A stretch of 64,000 nt of DNA from Cyanobacteria bacterium P01_A01_bin.123 (GTDB lineage Bacteria; Cyanobacteriota; Cyanobacteriia; Phormidesmidales; Phormidesmidaceae). Under the pieces are notes generated by a model, which was not told the origin of the DNA, searched no databases, and saw nothing but the letters and a program-made list of their open reading frames with translations. Numbering within the stretch: position 1 is the stretch's first letter; every line of letters begins with the position of its first letter. The stretch is taken from contig JBCBZT010000018.1 in NCBI GenBank assembly GCA_039815185.1, forward strand, positions 32,001-96,000, read 5' to 3'. This document shows positions 20,041 to 29,866 of this stretch, in pieces. The position numbers and the translations under genes were made by a program.

Positions 20041-21795
20041 ATGGTTTACTCCACAAATTCTCAACCTATCTCCATGCAAGCAACGCCCCGCCCCAGAGAT
20101 GTCTAGGTCGCCGAGATTGCGCAACAAACTCAAGTGTTGCGATCGCGCACCTGGGATCGCCTCAAGTTTGAAGTCGAATATGGACGCCGCTGCGGCACCA
20201 CAGCAAACTCCTATCTGATTCGGGGTGATAAAACAGCCGTCATTGATCCGCCGGGTGAGTCCTTCACCTGGATTTACATAGAAGCCTTACAGCAACAGGT
20301 CGAATTTAGCGATATCGACTACATCATCACCAGCCATGTCAATTCCAACCGCATGGCAACCCTAGAACAGCTCCGAGAATTGGCTCCCCAAGCGATTATT
20401 GTTTGCTCTCGTCCAGCGGCTAATGCCCTCAAGAACGCCTTGCTTGCCTGGGAAGATTCCCTGTATGCTGTCCGCTCGGGTGAAAGTCTGGATCTGGGTC
20501 AGGGTCACCACTTAGAGTTTACGACTGTCCCTACCCCCCGCTGGCCCGATGGGCTTTGCACCTATGATCTGGCGACCCAGATTCTCTATAGCGACAAGCT
20601 GTTTGGGGCACACATTTGTAGCGAAACCCTGTGGGATGAGAACTACCGGAAACTAGAAGCTGATCGACGTTACTATTTTGACTGCCTTCAAGCGCTCCAG
20701 GCTCGCCAGGTAGAAACCGCCCTCGACCAGTTTGAAACGCTGCCGTTACAGTGCCTTGCCCCTGGCCATGGCCCCCTGGTACGCCACAGCCTCAGCCGAT
20801 TGCGCCAGGATTATCGGCAATGGTGCCAACAAGAAACCCAACGGAGTTTGCGAGTAGCTTTGCTCTATACCTCGGCCTATGGCAACACTGCTAAAGTCGC
20901 AGATGCGATCGCCAACGGGCTAACGACTGCCAACGTGGCGGTCGAGTCGATCAACTGTGAGTCAACCCCACCGGAGGACATTGCCCAAATGATCAAAGCC
21001 TGCGATGGATTCATCATTGGATCACCCACCTTGGGAGGGCATGCGCCGGTTCAAATTCAAACGGCGCTAGGCAGTATTTTGGCGAACGTTCCTAAAACTA
21101 AACTGGCTGGGGTCTTTGGTTCCTATGGTTGGAGTGGCGAGGCAATTGGCCTACTCGATCAAAAGCTGCGGGATGCAGGCTACTGCTTTGGCTTTGACCC
21201 CATCCGGGTTCGATTTAGCCCCGACAAAGCCATCCTGTCCCTTTGCAAAACTGCCGGAAATCAATTTGCGCAGCAACTCCGAAAGCGGTCAAAACAGCAG
21301 GTTCCCCGACAGGTTGTAACAGGTGCCCAAGCCAATCGCACTGCCCAGGCTATAGGTCGGGTAATCGGGTCTCTCTGCGTGGTCACCAGTCGCCAGCATG
21401 ATATCCATAGCGGCATTTTGACCACCTGGGTTACCCAAGCCACGTTTACCCCACCGGGGCTAATGCTTGCCTTACCAGCCCATGACCCCGTGTTTAGTGA
21501 CTTGCAGCCAGGCCAGCCTTTTGTACTCAACATTCTCAAAGAAGGTCGCACCATTCGGCGTCACTTTTCTGCCCAGCAGTCCACTCAGACTGCCTTTTCC
21601 CATCTGAATACTCGCCCCGCTGAAAACGGCAGTCTAATTATCACCGATGCCTTGGCTTATCTGGAATGCACGGTTCAAGCAGGTATACCTGCTGGCGATC
21701 ATCAGCTGATCTATGCCCAAGTTTTGACTGGCAGCCTGCTGGGATCGGATGGGGTGACCGCCGTTCAGCATCGTAAGTCTGGCAGTCAGCACTGA
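20041..21795 (+). pseudogene. flv2: flavodiiron protein Flv2 interrupted by in-frame TAG at codon 22 (downstream ORF 20134-21795 is open)
   Basis: ATG 20041 gives MVYSTNSQPISMQATPRPRDV*VAEIAQQTQVLRSRTWDRLKFEVEY; non-canonical ligands (HVNSNR, RWPD, SDKLFG) of the Flv1/Flv2 class. Confidence 0.75.
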
Positions 21796-21870
21796 GTGAG
21801 TGATGTATGCCATAGTTCAAGAAACTGAATCGCTTCTGGAGTTGGTCAAGGGGTGATGCGTAAGTGATCT

Positions 21871-22737
21871 ATGGTTTACATTCAACTAACGCTAACGGCC
21901 ATTATTTGGGGCGGTACCTTTATTGCTGGGCGTGTGGTTGTGGCTGAAATGGGGGCATTTTCGGCTGCTTTTCTGCGTTTTGCAGTCGCTTCGCTCTGTC
22001 TGTTGCTGATGGCGCATCAATTTCAAGATGGGTTGGTCAAACTCAAGCTACGCCAACTGCCATATTTGATTTTGCTGGGTTTGAGCGGCGTATTTGCTTA
22101 CAACATTTTCTTTTTTCTGGGTCTCCAAACCATTACGGCTGGGCGAGCGTCCTTAATTGTGGCGCTCAATCCGATCGCGATCGCCTTGTTTTCAGCGTTG
22201 ATTTTAAGAGAGCGACTCACACTATTGAAATTCGTAGGCATTGCGACGTCTCTGTTAGGGGCAGCCATTGTGATTGGTCAAGGTAATCCGTTGGGTTTAC
22301 TATCGGGTGGCTTACAGCAGGGAGATTTATTTGTGTTGGGGTGTGTTGCCAGTTGGGTGGTTTACACGCTGGTAGGTAAGCAAGTGATGGCATCGCTGTC
22401 ACCCTTTGTGGCAACAACCTATGCTTGTCTAATTGGGGCTGCAGCACTTTTACCCTTAGCCCTCTATAACGGCTTGATTCAAGACTTACGGCAACTGTCA
22501 CCCGTGGCTGGTTTTGGGATTCTGTATCTAGGGTTGTTGGGTTCTGCAGTAGGCTTTAGCTGGTATTACACCGGGGTAAAAGCCATTGGTGCGGCTAAAG
22601 CCGCTATTTTTATCAACTTAGTGCCACTCTCTGCGATTCTGTTAGCGGCTGTGTTATTAAAGGAACCGATTACATCAGCTTTGGCAATCGGGGGTGGATT
22701 GGTGATTGTTGGTGTTTTTTGTACTAACCGGGGTTAG
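21871..22737 (+). CDS. DMT/EamA family transporter
   Basis: About 10 TM segments, IWGGTF...LRF, LLKEPIT. Confidence 0.9.
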   Translation: MVYIQLTLTAIIWGGTFIAGRVVVAEMGAFSAAFLRFAVASLCLLLMAHQFQDGLVKLKLRQLPYLILLGLSGVFAYNIFFFLGLQTITAGRASLIVALNPIAIALFSALILRERLTLLKFVGIATSLLGAAIVIGQGNPLGLLSGGLQQGDLFVLGCVASWVVYTLVGKQVMASLSPFVATTYACLIGAAALLPLALYNGLIQDLRQLSPVAGFGILYLGLLGSAVGFSWYYTGVKAIGAAKAAIFINLVPLSAILLAAVLLKEPITSALAIGGGLVIVGVFCTNRG

Positions 22738-22810
22738 CTGCCTCTGAGATAATCAGTGAAAGCTAGGTTTGTGTGCAGCTTGTCTATTGTCATCTTGTTT
22801 AGGTGCTGTC

Positions 22811-24235
22811 ATGCTTCATGATCCCGATCAGGCTGATCTGTTTCCTAAGTTGTCTGAAGCAGATCTGCAAAAAATTGCCAACCAGGGCAAAGAGCGCCAG
22901 TTTTCCGATGGCGCAATTCTATTTTCTCAGGGCGATTTGACCTATCCGTTTTATATCGTGTTGACCGGTGAAGTCCGCATTAGTAAACAAGTCGGCGGAG
23001 AAACCCAGCTGCTAACAATTCACGGGCCAGGTGAATTCACCGGAGACATTAGCATGATGGCGGGCAACCCAGCGATGGTTACCGCACAGGCCGTTGGTTC
23101 CATTCGTGTGTTGGAGTTCTCGCCGGAAGGCTTTCGTCGCGTGATTGCCGAGTGTTCACGTTCTGCAGCGGTGATTTTGACGGCGATGGCAGGGCGTTCG
23201 GAAGACGTGGGCGTTCAGCTCCAGCAACAGGAAAAACTGGCTGCATTAGGTAAACTCTCAGCCGGGTTGGCCCATGAGCTGAACAATCCAGCAGCAGCAG
23301 CGGTGCGGGCCTCAAAACAGTTGCGTGAGTCGCTGCACCAGTTGCAGCAGCAAACCCTCGCGCTGTCGCAGCAAACCTTGTCAACCCAACAGCAGCAGGA
23401 ACTCCAACAGGTGCAAGATTTTGCCCTGGCCTGCCGCAGCAATGTCACGTCGCTGACGCCGTTAGAGCAGGGGGAACGCGAAGATGCCTTGGCAGACTGG
23501 CTGGATGATCGCGACATTGCCGACAGTTGGAAACTGGCCCCAGAGTTGGTGACAGGTGGCGTCGACGAAGCCTATCTGAGTCAGCTTGAGGATGCCGTGG
23601 GGCGTAAGCATTTGAGCAGTGCGCTGCATTGGCTGGAAGGTAATCTCACGGTGGCATCGCTGGTGTATCAGGTTGAGCACAGTACACAGCGGATCTCAGA
23701 ACTGGTTAAAGCGCTCAAATCCTACACCTATATGGATCAAGCGCCCCTGCAAGAAATCGATATCCATCAAGGCCTGGAAGATACGCTGACGATTTTGCAT
23801 CACAAGTTGAAGTACGGCATTGCCGTAGAACGAGACTATGATCTAGCGTTGCCCAAGATTTGTGCCTACGGCAGTGAGCTGAACCAAGTCTGGACTAACC
23901 TGCTAGACAATGCCATCGATGCCCTAGGCAGTGGTCAGAATTTAGCCCAAAAGCCTGACGGCCCTCGAATTACCATTCACACCTGCCAGAAAGCGGATTA
24001 CGTCCAGGTGGACATCATTGATAACGGGTCTGGGATTTCTGAAGACGTGCGATCGCAGATTTTTGAGCCATTTTTCACGACGAAGGGCGTCGGTGCTGGC
24101 ACAGGGCTGGGGCTAGACATTGCCCACCGGATTGTGGTCAAGCGACATGGCGGTTCTATTCGGGTGACTTCCCAACCCGGCGACACCTGCTTTCAAGTTT
24201 GCTTGCCCTTCCGTCCTCCTACACAAACCCCCTAG
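22811..24235 (+). CDS. cyclic-nucleotide-binding domain histidine kinase
   Basis: cNMP fold (LFSQGD, GPGEFTG), H-box AHELNNP, NLLDNAIDA, DNGSG, FTTK, GTGLGL. Confidence 0.92.
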   Translation: MLHDPDQADLFPKLSEADLQKIANQGKERQFSDGAILFSQGDLTYPFYIVLTGEVRISKQVGGETQLLTIHGPGEFTGDISMMAGNPAMVTAQAVGSIRVLEFSPEGFRRVIAECSRSAAVILTAMAGRSEDVGVQLQQQEKLAALGKLSAGLAHELNNPAAAAVRASKQLRESLHQLQQQTLALSQQTLSTQQQQELQQVQDFALACRSNVTSLTPLEQGEREDALADWLDDRDIADSWKLAPELVTGGVDEAYLSQLEDAVGRKHLSSALHWLEGNLTVASLVYQVEHSTQRISELVKALKSYTYMDQAPLQEIDIHQGLEDTLTILHHKLKYGIAVERDYDLALPKICAYGSELNQVWTNLLDNAIDALGSGQNLAQKPDGPRITIHTCQKADYVQVDIIDNGSGISEDVRSQIFEPFFTTKGVGAGTGLGLDIAHRIVVKRHGGSIRVTSQPGDTCFQVCLPFRPPTQTP

Positions 24236-24272
24236 TCGGAGGTCACAATTAACCTAGGCGTACGAAGGCGAT

Positions 24273-24430
24273 ATGACGATGGTTAAGTCTCAGTTCATGC
24301 CGATAGTCGGATTTGTGATCACGGGGTTAGCACTGGTGAGTTGTGCCTCCCCAAATTCGGCTCAGTCAGAATCACCCCCCAACCCGACTCCCTCGGCTGC
24401 CGATGCCGCTAGTGCTGATGCATCAGCCCC
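24273..24430 (+). pseudogene. N-terminal remnant of a lipoprotein paralogous to the dehydrogenase at 26785
   Basis: MTMVKS...LVSC...PSAADAASADAS versus MTMVKY...LIGC...PAADASAASDA; shared upstream DNA. Confidence 0.65.
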
Positions 24431-25087
24431 CACTATCGATTTCTCGTCTGGGATGCTCGGGGTCACGGACAATCGCAACCTATGGGTTCCAGCTTTTCGC
24501 TCGATACCTGTGCCCAAGATATGCTGGCTATTCTCGACGATATGAAAGTTTCGCAGGCAGTGTTTTGTGGTCAATCACTCGGCGGCTATATCGCTCAACA
24601 AATCTATTTTTCTGCCCCTGAGCGTATGCAGGCGATAATCATTATCGGCGCTACCCCCATCGCCAAAGCGTACAGCAAATTTGAAATCTGGGTGCTCAAA
24701 GCCAGCTTGCCTCTCTTCCGATTCTGGCCCTATGGCCATTTCACTCAAGCGGTGGCTAGGAATACGGCTCAGACCCAACTAGTACAGGACTATGCGCTCC
24801 AGGCAATTCGGCAGGTTAACCGAGAGGATTTTCTTTCAATTTGGCGGGCTGTCACCCTAGCTGTTGATGATCAAGGCCAACCCGAACTGACAATTGATGT
24901 GCCGTTGTTATTAGTCCATGGGGATCAGGACGGGGTAGGCAGCATCAAGCGAGACATGCCCATTTGGGCAACCCAGGAGAAGAAGGCAACCTATCACGTT
25001 ATCCCTAACGCTGGGCATAATGCCAACCAAGACAATCCGACGTTTACGAACCAGGTTATTGTCGAGTTTCTAGCACGCGATCGCTGA
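24428..25087 (+). pseudogene. 5'-truncated alpha/beta hydrolase
   Basis: Frame reads PHYRFLVWDARGHGQSQPM... upstream of ATG 24482, with a stop at 24416; GQSLGG, HGDQD and AGH present, N-terminal HG strand missing. Confidence 0.72.
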
Positions 25088-25176
25088 TGATTTGAGAGCA
25101 CTGCAAGCACGCGACCTAGCTCGCTGTAGCGCACCAAGCTTGATAGCGACGGCCATCCCAGCGCAGCAAAGACAAA

Positions 25177-25225
25177 ACAGTATAAGTTCTCCTATGTGCG
25201 ACATAGGAACCTTCTGAGGGCTACT
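25177..25225 (+). repeat. LRR-array leader element, copy 5
   Basis: ACAGTATAAGTTCTCCTATGTGCGACATAGGAACCTTCTGAGGGC aligns without gaps to copy 2. Confidence 0.72.
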
Positions 25226-25342
25226 GAAGATTGCGCCGGGTAAAACGATAAAGCAGAGCGTGTGCAGCTAGAACTTTGACTTGGCGTATTGAGCAATCTG
25301 ACTAACGCCGTAATACTGTGCTTGAAATCGGGAGAAGGGGCT

Positions 25343-26092
25343 ATGACTAAAGCGATCGCGATCGGTTTACTATCAAGTCTGGTTGCAGTTACGTGCGCGA
25401 CAACCGTTGTCGCGCAAACCGAAAGTTCTACAGAATCATTTGAAACCTTTGGTGACTGGTGTCGTAACCGGATCCGTTTGACCCCAGCAGCCGAGCATAC
25501 CGTCAACGTGCTAATAGAAGAGGCTGGAACCACGGATTGCCAGCAGGCAGAAGAGACACTCACCAATTCGATTGAGCTTGATCTCAGTGGCCGTCAAATA
25601 GCAGATGTATCCCCTTTAGGCAGTTTGACCCATCTGACTCGTTTAGGCTTGCGTGACAACCAAGTTGGGGATGTAACCCCGTTAGCTAGGCTCACCAACT
25701 TGAGAGGGCTGGGGCTGAGTAACAATGTCATTAGAGATGTAGCCCCGCTCACGAATTTGACGAATCTGACATTGCTCAACCTCGCACACAATCAAGTCGA
25801 GGATGTCACACCATTGGCCGAACTCACCAACCTCAATAACCTTTTTCTCGATGACAATGCCATCGCAGATGTAGCCCCATTAGCCGGGCTGACCAACTTG
25901 AGAACGCTTTGGCTTTGGAATAACGACATTGTGGATGCAACCCCATTAGCCAGTTTGACGGGTCTGCAAAGACTGTATTTGGGTGCTAACCCACTTAATG
26001 ATTGCACCTGTCCCATCCAACCCGAAATCAGCTGTCAGAGCGATGACCGTTCAGCTCGGTGTCAGTTCGGTGACCCCATGTACGGTCGCTGA
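25343..26092 (+). CDS. secreted internalin-like LRR protein (LRR-4)
   Basis: MTKAIAIGLL signal, FGDWC cap, about 7 LRRs, DCTCPIQPEISC. Confidence 0.9.
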   Translation: MTKAIAIGLLSSLVAVTCATTVVAQTESSTESFETFGDWCRNRIRLTPAAEHTVNVLIEEAGTTDCQQAEETLTNSIELDLSGRQIADVSPLGSLTHLTRLGLRDNQVGDVTPLARLTNLRGLGLSNNVIRDVAPLTNLTNLTLLNLAHNQVEDVTPLAELTNLNNLFLDDNAIADVAPLAGLTNLRTLWLWNNDIVDATPLASLTGLQRLYLGANPLNDCTCPIQPEISCQSDDRSARCQFGDPMYGR

Positions 26093-26146
26093 TTGATTGT
26101 TTGAAGACAAGCACAACACTGCGCTCAAAAATTGGGAGGCGTGGCT

Positions 26147-26641
26147 ATGGCGAAAGCAATTGTTATCGGCTTGCTATCAATATTCGCGATTGGCGCAACT
26201 TGTACACACGTTGCGTTTCAAAGCGAAGCCCCTCTTGCCAGCTTGAGTCGTCTCAACGCCCTTGATCTAAGTCGCACTAGAATCACCGATATGTTGCCGC
26301 TAGCCAATCTGAACAATCTGACTCGCCTGAACTTTTATCAAAATCAAATTGCAAATGTTGCACCATTGTAGAACCTGACGGCGCTGACTAACCTTGACCT
26401 GGGGCGCAAGCAAATCACAGATGTGACTCCTCTAGCGAGCCTGACCAATTTGGCTTGGCTTGACCTCAATAACAATCAAATTACGGATGTATCTGCACTA
26501 GCTGATTTGCCCAATCTGACAACCCTCGTCCTAGTCGATAATCCACTTAATGATCAAACTTGCCCACGGCAACCTGAAACGATCTGTGAGTTTGAGTTTT
26601 ACAACCCCCGTGACGCGCTGCCACCACAGTCATATCCCTAA
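26147..26641 (+). pseudogene. degenerate LRR gene (cap deleted, in-frame TAG at 26369-26371)
   Basis: MAKAIVIGLL joined directly to LRRs; the two track ORFs are in the same frame across one TAG; ends DQTCPRQPETICEF... Confidence 0.85.
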
Positions 26642-26784
26642 TCGCAACTGACCTGGACAAACACCTACACAAACCACCTGACCGGAGGTCACAATTGACC
26701 TAAATAGGCTTTGGTGACAATTGAGCGCGTGGGTATGACCCATCGCTCAGCCTTAACTCAAACACGGTCAGCTAAGAAGGAGAG

Positions 26785-28044
26785 ATGACGATGGTCAAGT
26801 ATCGTGGCCTGTCAACGGTTGGGGCAGTCGTCGGGGTCATCCTGATCGGATGTACGTCTACTAATCCAGTGCCGCCAGCATCACAGGCCAACCCAAGCTC
26901 AGATGCCCCTGCCGCCGATGCCTCTGCTGCCAGTGATGCGGTAGCGTCTAACGATGAGAATTCATCTGGCGCAGCGATCGCGCAGGTACAAACTGCCCAA
27001 CAAATTACCCTAGTTGAGGGTCTAGAACACCCCTGGGGAATGGCGTGGCTACCGGATGGCAACCTACTTGTAACCGAACGTCCCGGTAGAGTGCGGATTA
27101 TTCGGGATGGCGAGCTTGCCCCGACCCCAGTGCCCGGTGTCCCGGCAGTATTGGGTGCAGGACAAGGGGGTTTGCTCGATATCTCCGTTCACCCCCAGTT
27201 TGCTGACAACCAATGGGTTTATTTCACCTATGCCCACGGCGCCAGTAACGCCAACCAAACCCGCGTGGCTCGTGCTCGGTTTGACGGCAGTACCCTCTCG
27301 GATTGGACGCCGATTTTTGAAGTTAACCGTTCTAAAGAGGGGACTCAGCATTTTGGGTCTCGCATCACCTGGCTACCTGACAACACGATGTTGATCTCCA
27401 TTGGGGATGGTGGCAATCCACCGTTAAGACTTGAGGGAGAATTGATTCGCAATCAGGCTCAAAATCTAGGTAGCCATCTGGGCAAAGTGGTGCGGTTGAG
27501 CGATGATGGCTCAATCCCCGCTGATAATCCCTTTGTCAACACGCCAAATGCTGACCCGGCCCTATGGAGCTATGGCCATCGCAACATCCAGGGAATGGCG
27601 TTCGACCCAGTGACCAATCAGATTTGGGTGACAGAACATGGGTCACGGGGCGGTGATGAGTTGAATCGGGTCGATCCAGGAGAGAATTACGGTTGGCCAC
27701 TCGTCACCCACAGCCAGGAATATTCTGGCGGCGAGATTTCATCGGAGCGATCGCGCCCCGGCATGGTCGATCCCAGTATTGTTTGGACACCCGCGATCGC
27801 GCCCTCTGGCTTAATGATGTATCGGGGCGATCGCTTCCCGCAGTGGCAGGGCAATCTGTTCGCTGGAGGACTGGTATCACAAGATATCAAACGAATTGAG
27901 CTGGATGAGACTGGCACGGTCATTAGCGAGACCCCCATAGCTATTGGGCAGCGGGTGCGCGATGTGCATCAGGGGCCAGATGGGTTAATTTACATCCTGA
28001 CCGATGAACCGAATGGCCGCTTGATTCGGCTGGAACCGGGTTAA
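26785..28044 (+). CDS. PQQ-dependent sugar dehydrogenase (YliI/Asd-type) lipoprotein
   Basis: GLEHPWGMAWLPDG, GQGGLLDI, HFGSRI, YGHRNIQG, EHGSRGGDELN, RVRDV. Confidence 0.92.
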   Translation: MTMVKYRGLSTVGAVVGVILIGCTSTNPVPPASQANPSSDAPAADASAASDAVASNDENSSGAAIAQVQTAQQITLVEGLEHPWGMAWLPDGNLLVTERPGRVRIIRDGELAPTPVPGVPAVLGAGQGGLLDISVHPQFADNQWVYFTYAHGASNANQTRVARARFDGSTLSDWTPIFEVNRSKEGTQHFGSRITWLPDNTMLISIGDGGNPPLRLEGELIRNQAQNLGSHLGKVVRLSDDGSIPADNPFVNTPNADPALWSYGHRNIQGMAFDPVTNQIWVTEHGSRGGDELNRVDPGENYGWPLVTHSQEYSGGEISSERSRPGMVDPSIVWTPAIAPSGLMMYRGDRFPQWQGNLFAGGLVSQDIKRIELDETGTVISETPIAIGQRVRDVHQGPDGLIYILTDEPNGRLIRLEPG

Positions 28045-28132
28045 GGAAGCAACCCAACCCCTTACACTCGAACGCCTAACGCTTTACGATGCTGAATGAA
28101 CCGGATCTTATCCATAGGCTTGTCGAGATTCC

Positions 28133-28522
28133 ATGACAGATACAATCCAGGCAACCGCTCGTAAGGCGTTTGATTTGTTTGCTCAAGGTTGGATTAATGG
28201 CGATTTCAACCCTTATATTGATTTACTCGCGGATGAAATGACCTTTTGGTTTCCTATGGGGAAACATCGGGGCAAATTTAGTGGCGTTGAGGGACGGCAA
28301 CAAATGATTGCTAAATGCCGTGATCATGAAGCTGCGGGCGACCGCCTCACATTCCATCCCCCTAATTATGTATTGACTGATGGAACCTCGGTGATCTTTG
28401 AATTTGAGTCAGAAGGGCTTTACGGTGGTGAACCTTACAAAGGGCATAACGCGATCGCGTTTGAGATCCAAGACGGCAAAGTGATTGGCTTCCGCGAATA
28501 TTTTGGGGACCTCGGAGCGTAA
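28133..28522 (+). CDS. NTF2/SnoaL-like protein
   Basis: 129 aa; FEIQDGKVIGFREYFG C-terminus. Confidence 0.82.
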   Translation: MTDTIQATARKAFDLFAQGWINGDFNPYIDLLADEMTFWFPMGKHRGKFSGVEGRQQMIAKCRDHEAAGDRLTFHPPNYVLTDGTSVIFEFESEGLYGGEPYKGHNAIAFEIQDGKVIGFREYFGDLGA

Positions 28523-28570
28523 CATAGTTTCAGCATGGATTAGCGTCTGACATCAGGAGCCTGTACACCG

Positions 28571-29155
28571 ATGGAGAAGGGCAGATTGGAGGCGTTTAGT
28601 GATGGTGTCCTTGCGATTGTGATCACCATCATGGTTTTAGAGCTGAAGGTTCCAGAGACTGCTGGCCTAGCCTCTCTACAACCGCTGTTGCCAACCTTTT
28701 TCAGCTATGTGCTGAGCTATTTTTATCTCGGCATCTACTGGAACAATCACCATCATCTCTTGCAGGCAACCCGCCGGATCAATGGTCGCGTTCTTTGGGC
28801 AAACCTCCACCTGCTGTTTTGGTTGTCACTCATTCCGTTTGTGACGGGATGGATGGGCGAAAATCACTTTGCAGCTGTATCAGTGGCCCTGTATGGTGTG
28901 GTTCTCTTTGCCGCTGCGATCGCCTACTTTATCCTCAGCCGGTTTCTGATGGCCCATCCAGACAATAACCCTGTCCTTTTGAAAGCCCTGGGCAAAGACT
29001 TAAAAGGGAAGCTATCAATGGGCGTCTATGTTGTTGCGATTCCGCTATCCTTTGTGTCATCTTGGATTGCCTGCACCTTATATGTGCTAATAGCAGCCCT
29101 ATGGCTGATTCCAGATCGTCGCATTGAGAACACACTCTCTCACCTGCGAGAATAA
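28571..29155 (+). CDS. TMEM175 family K+ channel (DUF1211)
   Basis: RLEAFSDGVLAIVITIMVLEL, YWNNHHH. Confidence 0.92.
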   Translation: MEKGRLEAFSDGVLAIVITIMVLELKVPETAGLASLQPLLPTFFSYVLSYFYLGIYWNNHHHLLQATRRINGRVLWANLHLLFWLSLIPFVTGWMGENHFAAVSVALYGVVLFAAAIAYFILSRFLMAHPDNNPVLLKALGKDLKGKLSMGVYVVAIPLSFVSSWIACTLYVLIAALWLIPDRRIENTLSHLRE

Positions 29156-29175
29156 GTCTTTGAGAAAATGAAGGC

Positions 29176-29577
29176 TTATGAATTGGGTTTCTCTGATATC
29201 TGTGATTGGTCATATGCGACTCTTGCTGTTTCAACAGCATTAAAATTCCTTATTGACCAATTGCACAGAGACCTGAGCACGACATTTAAGGCTTCACCTA
29301 GGTCTGTGAGAGAATATTCCACCCTTGGTGGTACTACTGGATAAACTTTCCGGCTCACCAACCCATTACGTTCTAAGTTTCTAAGCGTACGGGTTAGCAT
29401 CCGTTGAGAAATCCCGCCAATTTCCCGTTGCAGTTCACCGTAGCGCTTTGTACTGCGGGACAGAACATACATCACCGCGATCACCCACTTATCATCAATC
29501 AGATCAAGCGTTTGATGCAAGTAGGGATGGTGCTCCAACACTGTGGCCGGAGTCATGGGTTCTGGAGATTGCGTCAT
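29176..29577 (-). CDS. HxlR family transcriptional regulator
   Basis: KW...RYGEL...ISQRMLTRTLRNLERNGLVSRKVYPVVPPRVEYSLT; start uncertain. Confidence 0.9.
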   Translation of the reverse strand: MTQSPEPMTPATVLEHHPYLHQTLDLIDDKWVIAVMYVLSRSTKRYGELQREIGGISQRMLTRTLRNLERNGLVSRKVYPVVPPRVEYSLTDLGEALNVVLRSLCNWSIRNFNAVETARVAYDQSQISEKPNS

Positions 29578-29866
29578 GGTAGAAGCTGTGTACCTACACT
29601 CGTGTACGTATAGCAGTTTTTTGTACGTACTTGTCATGATCAAGTCTTGAACAAGATAATCAAATCACGAAAGCACAAAACAAAGTCAAATCAGCTTCAA
29701 ATTAGAGGGCTCTAGGTTCTGTGATTTCTCGACTGCTTCACTTAAATATGGTCTACCTGTGCCTAACTGAAGCCGCATACATGTGCCCGTTTTTAGTTGA
29801 GCTCGGAGAACATAAGAGTAGTTTATATCTGTCATTTTTTTTTGCATACTAATCAAGGCATTAATC

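Noticed and set aside
12947..25225. Leader repeats as a CRISPR array or integron attC sites
   Set aside because: Spacing is kilobases and irregular, the copies are degenerate, no cas or intI gene is present, and I see no RYYYAAC/GTTRRRY pair
20104..26371. Programmed TAG recoding, given two in-frame TAGs (flv2 and the LRR pseudogene)
   Set aside because: TAG ends many ordinary genes here, and the LRR copy has other lesions
13303..26641. Diversity-generating retroelement driving LRR variation
   Set aside because: No reverse transcriptase in the window and no template/variable pair differing only at adenines
28133..28522. Orange carotenoid protein C-terminal domain homolog
   Set aside because: NTF2-like, but I do not see CTDH-specific motifs and there is no carotenoid-protein context
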